A stretch of DNA of 64,000 nt from Antedon mediterranea (lineage: Eukaryota > Animalia > Echinodermata). This document shows positions 10,891 through 21,450 of this stretch, piece after piece. Within the stretch, counting starts at the first letter, position 1, and each line of letters begins with the position of its first letter. The notes under the pieces are model-generated. The model made no database searches. It saw only the letters and a list, made by a program, of their open reading frames with translations, and was not told the origin of the DNA. Position numbers and translations under genes: made by a program. The stretch covers positions 3,968,001-4,032,000 of the forward strand of contig NC_092680.1 of assembly GCF_964355755.1 (NCBI RefSeq). Reading direction: 5' to 3'.

Positions 10891-12144
10891 TCTCTTTTTG
10901 TCATTAAATTTTATATTGAAAAAACATTTAATAATTATTTTAAAATTGAAGGTATTTATTTATTTTCTTTTTTTATTGCTAAACTTTGTCTTCTCGGCAC
11001 ATGGTTGAATCTTCTTCTTCACATTCTTCCAAATTTTACCTTTGAATATTGTATTCTACCTTTCTACTTAGGCCAACTGTTTGTCTTCTAGACAAAAAAA
11101 AAACCGTCTTTTTAGATTTAAATTAAATCCAACTCCACCATGTACATTGTCACATGAATTTCTGCTTCTACCCCTTGGGAAGTGGTAGCCCACTGTGGTT
11201 GTTTTAAATATGAATGACATCATCTCGCGACATTGTTTCGTCATACTGAGAAAGCAATTTAGAAACAACTGTGACATTTATAATAAACTAAATTGAAATA
11301 ATGATAATATCCTTATTTGACGATGTGAGATAAAAAACTCAAGGTATGAGAAAATGATAATAAAGTCAATGAAGATAAGTTATTATTTATTTACAAATAG
11401 CTATGGTCAAAGTTTATATATTTCTATACTTTTTTAATTTCATTTTTTGTTAATAATGAAAAAATTCTGTTTCTGCATCAATGTTCTGTATATTTCCTTC
11501 ATGTAATCAATCAATTCATAAATCAATCATGTTATTATTAGTAATGTGCCGATTGTTGACACCAATTTCAGCAAATAGACCAGTATTGCGCGAGGTCAGA
11601 TCTTTATACACAATGAGATTAAAGATAATTGTGAAGACATTAACAATTACGGCACTATGATGAACTTTAAAACCATGAGTGTAAATAAATATAGCCGTGT
11701 TTGGTCATTAAGGAAGACACTTAAATAGTATTTCCTATATGTTATCGTCGTAGGACCAAAGGGAATTCCCACAACACTGCCACTCGCATGTTTCCTTGAT
11801 AATTAAAAATAAACACATCATTGCTTAAAATAATTGCTATAAATAATTAGTTTAAATCGTGTGAATAATGCATTATATGTTGCTTTTAAAATGTTGTATC
11901 TCTGAAGTTTTCATGTCTCTGTTTAATATATTGATTGTTTTAAATAATATAAATATTGTATATAGTAATACTTATTAATATATATTTTACAATTTTGAAA
12001 ATATACTCATATTATTTCTATTTTTATTGGCAAAATAGAATTGGATCTTGAATCTTGAATCGTAATCACTTTTTGTTAGATTAGTGAGAGAAAATAAATA
12101 TTTTTTTTATTATTATTTTGTCATGGCCCTTAACAATTTCTAGT

Positions 12145-12230
12145 GGAGCTGTTATAGCTTGGTGGCTAACGTGCTTGCTTTCCAATACCAAGTTCCAGGG
12201 TTCAGTCCTGACCTAGTGCCAGGGTTGTGA
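12145..12230 (+). mobile_element. Degenerate tRNA-derived SINE head
   Basis: A-box-like TAGCTTGGTGG and B-box-like GGTTCAGTCC at tRNA spacing; no convincing cloverleaf. Confidence 0.45.
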
Positions 12231-13144
12231 TAAACTCTTTCAACTCCATACCCAAATAATTGGCTCACTATTATTAAACAATTATTCGGGTTATTAATAA
12301 TAATGACAATACAACATACGTTATGGGTATTTCCTAGATCCTGCATTACAATCATAATAAAACAATGAGGAAATTTCCGCAACCACTAATTGCCACGTGT
12401 GTTTAGTTGAAACAGCTGATTAAGTAAGTTGTTCTACAACTAAGCTTAAATTAATAATATGGAATTTTTAGAGAAATGTGAAAATTTAGCACCACTGTTT
12501 TAGTTTAATTATTTTTTTCTAATGGAAAAGTTTCTAAAGGAATTAAGTTTTCCTAAAGGAAGTTCTCTCGGTCTATACAAAGAAACTATTTGAAAGAATA
12601 TAACAGGAAACAAAGTATGACGGATGCTTCTAAAATATATTGTGACTTTACTACTCGTAATATTGTCTTTTGAAAAACAATTGTTTTACAATTAGCTCAA
12701 TAATGGCGCCAAAAAACGTTCGAAACTGAAATTGTAATTTTTCGGATATGAGTTGAATTTTTAAACTTGGTTTATCCTTTAACTTTATGAATTCCAGATA
12801 GATAAAAATGATAAATAACAAAATATGGTTAAACATTATTTTTCCTTGAAAAAAAAACTAAAGAGGTCTTCTGAATGAACTTGGGTTTGTTTATGGTCAC
12901 TGACGATAATAAATACCACAGTGAATCTTCAGGTCATTTCATTCGTGAAAAGAAGTGGTTTAAAATGTAGAAGGCGAGTGAATAATAAACGTAACTATAA
13001 TACCAAGCATGCATATATTCAGGTCAATGCACTCACCTCGGCATTAACAAGACAATAAAAACAACACAAGTTCAATTATTCGAAACATTAAAGATCCATT
13101 TTGGACCCAACGCCATCAGAACATAATAAGCGCCCAGCAAATAA

Positions 13145-13240
13145 TTTGACCAATCACCACACGATGGAACACATTAACTGTCGCTTGTGATTGGTTAACT
13201 CACTTTCATCGCGCCTGCATCCCAGTGAGAACCAGCGAAG
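13145..13240. mobile_element. Degenerate MITE family B fragment
   Basis: TTGACCAATCAC...CTGTCGCTTGTGATTGGTTAACTCAC...CAGTGAGAACCAGC. Confidence 0.55.
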
Positions 13241-14547
13241 CTTTTTTCTGATGAGAACTATACGATTAAACAGTTTATATGTTTACTAAAAATCATATTG
13301 ATATGAAATATGTTTACTATGACAAATATTTGTATAAGTAAACTGAAATAGAAACGTTTTAAATAGGCCTACACCACAAAACCAGATTGTTGTGGTACGG
13401 CCAAGGTGTTGTGCAAACACGCGGTAAAAGGTATTCACCGGAAAGGGCACTTGTAATTATTAACCACATGGGGACATCCAAATACGATATTATTGTTGAT
13501 ATTGGGTGCCAAAGTAGCTAATTTGATAATTTACACTTGACCCTAAATAATCATTCGGGGTGAAACTAATTATTATACTTATACCAAGCAATCTTATTTA
13601 ATGAAACGCTTTTTATAAAGGAAGATTTTAATTAATACCATACCAGTTGAGAACAAGAACATACCATTTATCTGACCTGAAAAATACATAAAATATTCCT
13701 ATACCAGTGTAAACATGATCCATTAAATATTGTGGTAAGAATATATAAATTGTTGATATTTTTATTAACATATATTTTCAAGGTTAAACGATTGAAACAT
13801 GGGGTAAAAATAATGAATTATTTTTAGTAAGTGGACATCACAAGCGTCACTAACACAGTTACAAATGTGAACTGACATAGGTACGTAACGGTATGACAAA
13901 TGCAAATGTATTTAAAAATTTGACGATTAAATGCGGTTGGAAACAAAGTATGTTTATTAATACGAATTAAGTAGTAATATTATATGATTTGTGCTACACC
14001 ATGTACTTATTTTCAAAAAGTAAAATAAAGTTCAAAATTTAAAGAAATTTTGATTTTACTTATCATTATGGTGTACCAAAAACCATACTCTCTTTAAAGA
14101 AGAATTAAATAAGTGTATGTAATAGCAGGGAGTTCAACTTCCTGGTAATAGTACATAAAGCACCTCATCACTAAGCTTTTACAAGTTTTATTATAAGTCT
14201 CGACAAACATTGATAAGTGTTTGGATCATTGTGCCAATTATCATTTGTTTTGGCTCTTTTATCTAAATTGTATTTCCAGAAATTATAATTAAGTGTACCG
14301 TATTGTATTTCTCTTTGTAAAGGGTCTTAATTGATACTGTAGGAAATCCTACGTTATTGTCCTTATATTATATGTTTTAGTATCATTATTTTCAACATTT
14401 GGCACAAAAATAAAAATAAATTCGTTCGGGGTTATAGGAGCCAAAATATAAACAATATGCCAACTTGTAATTTAAAAGAGTAACATAATGAAATCAGAAT
14501 ATGCCAAGCATTATTATAGCAGTAAAACCCCTCCCTTGGGAGACTTA

Positions 14548-15632
14548 TGGGGACATCCATATTACGGGGGACATCCATATTACGGGGGACATCCATATTA
14601 CGGGGGACATCCATATTACGGGGGACATCCATATTACGGGGGACATCCATATTACGGGGGACATCCATATTACGGGGGACATCCATATTACGGGGGACAT
14701 CCATATTACGGGGGACATCCATATTACGGGGGACATCCATATTACGGGGGACATCCATATTACGGGGGACATCCATATTACGGGGGACATCCATATTACG
14801 GGGGACATCTATATTACGGGGGACATCCATATTACGGGGGACATCCATATTACGGGGGACATCCATATTACGGGGGACATCCATATTACGGGGGACATCT
14901 ATATTACGGGGGACATCCATATTACGGGGGACATCCATATTACGGGGGACATCCATATTACGGGGGACATCTATATTACGGGGGACATCTATATTACGGG
15001 GGACATCCATATTACGGGGGACATCCATATTACGGGGGACATCCATATTACGGGGGACATCCATATTACGGGGGACATCCATATTACGGGGGACATCCAT
15101 ATTACGGGGGACATCCATATTACGGGGGACATCCATATTACGGGGGACATCCATATTACGGGGGACATCCATATTACGGGGGACATCTATATTACGGGGG
15201 ACATCCATATTACGGGGGACATCCATATTACGGGGGACATCCATATTACGGGGGACATCCATATTACGGGGGACATCCATATTACGGGGGACATCTATAT
15301 TACGGGGGACATCTATATTACGGGGGACATCCATATTACGGGGGACATCTATATTACGGGGGACATCCATATTACGGGGGACATCTATATTACGGGGGAC
15401 ATCCATATTACGGGGGACATCTATATTACGGGGGACATCCATATTACGGGGGACATCTATATTACGGGGGACATCCATATTACGAGGGATATCCATATTA
15501 CGGGGGACATCCATAATACGGGGGACATCCATTATTACGCATCCATATTACGGGGGACATCCATATTACGGTGACATCCACATTACGGGGACGTCCATAT
15601 TAATACGGGGGGACATCCATATTACGGGGACA
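14548..15632. repeat. 18-bp G-rich minisatellite (GGGGGACATCYATATTAC), about 55 near-perfect plus a few degenerate units
   Basis: Directly visible. It generates the repetitive ORFs MDVPRN, GGHPYY, GDIHIT, GTSILR and MSPVIW. Confidence 0.98.
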
Positions 15633-16669
15633 CTTTACAGAGAAACGAAATGAGGAGCATATTGTATTCGGCCAATGGATTCAGGAAATTCCCCTATATA
15701 TTCAGGGGTACAACTTTGTGAATCACACTGTTTTTCTTCTGTCATCTACTGTATTTAATATGTTGGAACGTTCGTAACAGAAACAACTTGTTGACGGGGC
15801 TGTTCGCAATGTTCGTGCGTATAGCATCATTGAGTGTGTTGCCTTTTCAAAATAGCAGGCCTAGAAATTAGTACAGTTTGCTTCTCGCACTAACCTTATC
15901 TATTTGGCAGTAAGAAAAACACATAAACAAGAACCGTTTAGTTTAAATAATTTATTCAACTATTGCCGTTAATTAAGAAGTGTATGTTCATCTATACTAA
16001 TTGCATATTCATAAATTACTTATGTAAATATAATAAATAAAATATATCATTATTATCATGATATAATATTTGAATGTTTAAGAATAAATTAAGTAACACG
16101 AATCATTAAATAATTAATAATTTTAAAAATACAAATTAATTCAGTATTATTACTGAAACTTCGATATTTGATACAAATATACGTTAAATTATAATCATAA
16201 CTCGAATTATAAATTCGATGAATTGATTAAAGTTTTTTTTTAAAATTATAACTACCATTTCATAATAAAAGTATTTAAAATGATACACAATTATTTAAAT
16301 TAGTCATATGTTAACTTTAAAACAAACATATTTACAGTCATTCATTCAGTTAAAAAGTTCGGAAAAAAAACATGATATTTAACACATGGAATAAAATATC
16401 TTAGAAGTCTTTTTGTAAAGTACAAGGCGTAATAAAATTACTTAGTAGTAAAGGAAATATTGCACATTTTTTATCTTTCGAATTATGAAAGTTCAAGGTT
16501 GAATATTGTCAAATGTTTTCACATTCAAACGAATGTTGTAGTCTGTTATTGAAACATCACATACGAATCATATTCTTGGTCAAGTATAGGCCTATTCAAT
16601 CGGATGTGTTCTTAAACATCTTCTTCGCTACGGATGCATCTTTAGAAATCTTCGTCGCTGTGTGTGTGT

Positions 16670-17167
16670 TCAACATAAAGTGTTCAAACCTTGAGAATAA
16701 TAATATGAAAGTTCTGAAACAATCTCATCGTATTGAACTTGCTTCATGTATGACCCTGTTATGTGAGCAATAAACTCTATTAGAACAGAAGGCATTGTTT
16801 CTAATTGTTTGCTTTCAGCTTTTTCGAACATACACCAGCGTGAGAAGTGTTCACAATTGTTGGTGAAAAGATTCCATGTGCTGTCTCTGAACTTCTTTCC
16901 AACCCAGGACATAGCTCGTTCAACAACTTCTTCACGATCGATATCATCTGGACAAGGTAACACCTCCAATGTATCCGTATCCTCTCCTGCAAACTCCTTT
17001 AGGTTTGATATTCTAACGGTGGCTGTTCGAATAGCCTCCCAAATTCCAGGATTGTCACCACGTAAGTGTATAACATTTTCACCATCAAAAATCCCTGCGT
17101 GCTTGTAAAGTTTAAAGTCGTAGACAACTCTTCCACTTAAAACCATATCACCTCTTTTTATTTCCAT
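16670..17167 (-). CDS. PLAAT/HRASLS/LRAT-family protein, copy 2, intronless
   Basis: ATG at 17167 (MEIKRGD...), with YKHAGIF, VIHL and NNCEHF motifs. Highly similar to 3023-3502 up to MPSVLxEF, with a different C-terminal tail. Confidence 0.9.
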   Translation of the reverse strand: MEIKRGDMVLSGRVVYDFKLYKHAGIFDGENVIHLRGDNPGIWEAIRTATVRISNLKEFAGEDTDTLEVLPCPDDIDREEVVERAMSWVGKKFRDSTWNLFTNNCEHFSRWCMFEKAESKQLETMPSVLIEFIAHITGSYMKQVQYDEIVSELSYYYSQGLNTLC

Positions 17168-18431
17168 GCTAACTACTTTAAGTTTTATATACACGTTTCA
17201 ATGCGCTCTCAGTTATTGGTTTATTCCAAAGTTCGACACTTATGCCTTATAATACCGTAAACATTGTGTACGTCACAAATAGAGTTGTCCAATGAAATCA
17301 CGATGATAATAAAGAATCCCAATATGCTAAGTTTAGCGGATTACCGTGTTAGTCACGCTGTTATCAAATCAAATGGAACTTCTGGCTATAGTACGCATGA
17401 GTAGCTTTAACTGTATTCCTTATTGTTTCCGTCGTTTAAATAAGTTTTCATACTGTATTTCTTAAGAATTTTACACTATCGTTTCGTATAAATATAAAAA
17501 GCATAATAAATCTATAAACTGTGTTGATATTGTTGATGTTTTTTATTTTGATGTGAATATATAAGAAATTGTAGGCCTACAGATTAGTATCTAGAAACAT
17601 AGTTCACAGAAATTTGATCGGACCCACGCCGTGAGAAGGCAGATTTTTTAACCCCGTTACATCGTGACGCCGGGCGTAACCGAGATGACTTATAAGATGT
17701 TGTATTGCCAAATATGGATTTCAACTCAATATTATCAATTACCTGTCATACTGTGTATAGTAATAATGAAACATCAAAGTATCAATGGTTCTTTGTTTTT
17801 GTTTATTTGACAAATTATTTCTCATAATTGTGGTGGGAAATGACAGTTATGTATCCAATAATTAATTAAGAATTATACGTCAGAAGACAAATATAAATTA
17901 TTTTATTTAGTGTAAAAACAACATTCATTCTTTTACCTCTCAATATATAATATAATGTAGGCCTACTGTAGCCCGAATTTTCTCCGGCCACCAGTGTTAA
18001 CGTAAGCATTTTGTCTAGCCTACAAGAACAACTACCCTCTCACAAAAACAGTTATGGCTGAGTAAAGTTTGAATTGATATTTCAGTTCAATGATGCAATA
18101 TCCAGTTTTTTTTACACTTGTCATAGTAATACTGTATAACCACTTATGAAAAAATTGTCATTACAAAAATCAAGTATGTAAACATTCTCATAAAACAGGT
18201 GTTATAGTGTTCACATGAGATGCCGAAATTTAGGAAATACAACATCCTGGTATATTATGGTATAGATGCATGCTAGTTTCTTACATTAGTATTATATGAA
18301 AAAACCTCGTTGGTTTAACAAAGTTTCCGAAATACTAAAAACGTGACTGGCAACACGCTATTTTATACAAACAATTCGATTTTAGTTTTTGTAATGCATT
18401 GAATTGCTTGCTACGTTTTGTATCTTTTTAT

Positions 18432-18630
18432 CTCTCTCGAAGTGCCATATCATGAGACTTTGGCGATCATGTTGTGCCACAATTCTCTGTCTATTGCCAT
18501 GTTCAGCAGCAACTCCACTTCTTTGGTATTCTCACGTCACCTCTATTCCGAATCCATTCAGCTATGCAGTCTAACCAAGTTTCCCTTGTTTTCTCCCCCT
18601 GCTCCTTCTTCCTTCTAATTTACCGGTTAC
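18432..18630 (-). mobile_element. 5'-truncated RTE-clade LINE 3' end with 15-bp TSD
   Basis: Frameshifted translation VTGKLEGRRSRGR..RETWLDCIAEW...LLNMAIDRELWHNMIAKVS resembles the RTE/BovB C-terminus (GKIEGRRRRGRQRMRWLD...DREAW). Flanked by the direct repeat TTTGTATCTTTTTAT at 18417-18431 and 18631-18645. Confidence 0.85.
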
Positions 18631-19269
18631 TTTGTATCTTTTTATACCCGAATAAAATTAGTTATTCACTACATTCTCAGATATGGCTTAACATTAATTA
18701 TAGGCAATCATTTATTACGGATTATGTCTTTCTTCTTATAAGCTAAAAAAGTAAACTCGTTCAGCTTGGTTAGACAAGGTTTGATGAAATATCAGCTAAG
18801 ATTGTGTTGTTTGTTTAATAATTATTGATTATTGAATAATAATTGATATTCATCTCGGTAATATTATTGGTACAATAGTATAATATAGGTCATTTTATTT
18901 TATATAGCCAATGTCTACTTTTATCCGAACTTTTTTGTTTAAGTACTTTTATGATTTCCACCTACCTACCGGACAAAGTTAGTGGCCTACAGTTTGTTTT
19001 TGCTTGAACGTCCTGCTTCTGATAATTTAAAACCATCGTAATAATATCAAACCAACAGTAAATAATATCCGTATAAACATAAATTAATTTCTTCCACGCA
19101 CATTGTATTGGTCAGGTGTTAATAGAACTATTAAGTGGCATTTACATTAAGAGCACTGGAGTTCCAGGATAAAGATTATCTCAACTTCGTGGGATCGTAT
19201 TTTGACACTACGACCTGGCCATCCGTGCCTAGATTTACAGTACATTAAGAGGATTATAGCAATTATTTC

Positions 19270-19307
<38 letters not shown>
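19270..19307. repeat. (AAT)n microsatellite
   Basis: About 12 perfect units. Confidence 0.95.
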
Positions 19308-19505
19308 TGTGTAGGTCGACACACGTCAACGATTCAATCTGGTTCTTTGTACCTTTATTGAACTTACTCGCCTCCTACGTATGTAGGTCTATTTTATTGC
19401 TGTTTATACGTTTATTGTTGTATGAAGATGAATCAGTATTATACAGACCTCGATTTAGTGTTCACTCTCTGAACGCTTTGATAATCCTAATGAATTTGAC
19501 CTTAA

Positions 19506-19823
19506 AGATATATTGTCCTCCTAAAAAAAATTGTTTGTTGAATATGCCAGTTTAACGTCACAGTTATTCACACCAAAAATAGATCGAAAAAAAAAATTCT
19601 TGAAAAAAATGTAATTTTAAGTTTAAAAAAAATCTAAATTGTCTGTCAGGCAATGGTTTTTGGTTAAAATTACCTTTTTTTATTTGTCTTTTTATAAGTG
19701 TAATCATTATTTTTGCTGATTTTTTTCCAAAGAAGTGAATAACTTAATTTAAACTGCAAATAGCCTATTCAAAGTCAGATTTTATTAATCTGTTTTTTCA
19801 GGTTTTCAGGGGACACTACATCT
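19506..19823. mobile_element. MITE family D, TTAA TSD, AG...CT termini (Kolobok-like)
   Basis: TTAA-AGATATATTGTCC...GGACACTACATCT-TTAA. Internal TTTTTGGTT.AA.TT and AAAGTCAGATTTTATTAATC are shared with other copies. Confidence 0.75.
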
Positions 19824-20766
19824 TTAACATAAAATTGTTTAATTATTTTGAATCGCAACACGACATTTACTTAATTATTCAAATCAATCATTTTTTCGAT
19901 AAAAATAAATGGTGAGTTAATTTTTTTACAGAAATTAAACAATACATTATTCAACAGGTTAATTAACCAGAGAACATTGATTACTAACGACGTCTAGTCA
20001 CAACTGCAGTTGAATCGGAATCGTATTACGTAGGCCTAATGGGAAAAACCCGAATATCTTCGATGTCACTTAGTCACACTTACTTTATAAAAAAAAACAA
20101 ATTTTACGTCATGTACAATTCCTGTTGTCCATCGAAATAATTTAATATTTTTATCTTGAGTCTCTAAAATTAAATGTATGAATAAAATTATTATAAATTT
20201 TACCGCTGTGTCTTTGTTTTGGTAAATTTTTATATTAAACTTTTCAAATAAAGCAAAATATGAGACATGTATTGTTTAGTAAATGTTTAATTAATATAAA
20301 AATATATATTTATAAACTTTTAATATTATACATACTGTACAATACTTTGACAATTTACGTCTTAGGCCTACGCGATTTAAAAAGGGGGATAATCAAATAA
20401 GGACGTTAATCTCTTACAATATATAGAGGCTTATAAGCATAACACTTGTCTTAAGAATGCTATTCATGGCCTGGACGTACTGTACAATGTGGTTTATTAT
20501 TGACGTCAAATATAAAAACTAATGGTATAACTATTATTATTATTTGTCAAAAAACAACCAACCCCCACCACAAACAATCTAAAAGTTAGGCCTATATACC
20601 AGCTGATTGGTTTAGTGGTAAATGTTTGTTTACAAAAATATTGTGAAACCAACCTTTCGATATTATAATTTGTCTCAGTTTTGTTCTGATTTATTTTCGA
20701 ATTTAAAATAGTTTACGCATCTTAAATAAAAATATATAATTATAAAACTATGACTAACAATAGTTT

Positions 20767-21450
20767 GGGACACCCCTATTAAGGTGGGATGGGAGATACT
20801 TTTCAGTGAATCGAACGGGTAGTATTAGCACCAGTTCCTAACCCACGGGGGACGCATGAGGGGATACCTCCATGGAGGGACACCCCTATTAAGGCGACAT
20901 ATTCTAGTGAAACGAATGAATACGTGGTATTAGCACCAAGGCTTACCCCACGGGAGACACCATGAGGGGACACCTCCATGGAGGGACACCCCTATTAAGG
21001 GGACATATTCCATGGAAACGAATGAATACATGGTATTAGCACCAAGGCTTACCCCACGGGAGACACCATTAGGGGACACCTCTATGGAGGGACACCCCTA
21101 TTAAGGCGACATATTCTATATAGTGAAACGAATGAATACGTGGTATATTAGCACCAAGGCTTACCCCACGGGAGACACCATTAGGGGACACCTCTATGGA
21201 GGGACACCCCTATTAAGGCGACATATTCTAGTGAAACGAATGAATACGTGGTATTAGCACCAAGGCTTACCCCACGGGAGACACCATGAGAGGACACCTC
21301 TATGGAGGGACACCCCTATTAAGGCGACATATTCTAGTGAAACGAATGAATACGTGGTATTAGCCACACGGCTTACCCCACGGGAGACACCATTAGGGGA
21401 CACCTCTATTAATGGTACACTTTCAAGTGAAACGAACGAGTACGTGGTAT
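20767..21450. repeat. About 106-bp tandem repeat, about 6 copies, with internal GGGGACACC sub-repeats
   Basis: CACCCCTATTAAGG recurs at 20771, 20881, 20987, 21093, 21205 and 21311. Confidence 0.95.

Noticed and set aside
12145-12230. Possible tRNA gene (also B-box-like GTTCGAATCT near 32950 and 36298)
   Set aside because: No consistent acceptor or anticodon stems; better explained as SINE remnants.
14432-15653. Long ORFs of 342-368 aa (MDVPRN, GGHPYY, GDIHIT, GTSILR repeats) as genes
   Set aside because: All arise from one 18-bp repeat that lacks stops in most frames. There is no synonymous-site variation pattern and no signal peptide, so they are not called as CDS.
20767-21450. Possible CRISPR-like array (also considered for 1709-2030 and 57995-58902)
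   Set aside because: Whole units repeat with no unique spacers, the context is eukaryotic, and there are no cas genes.
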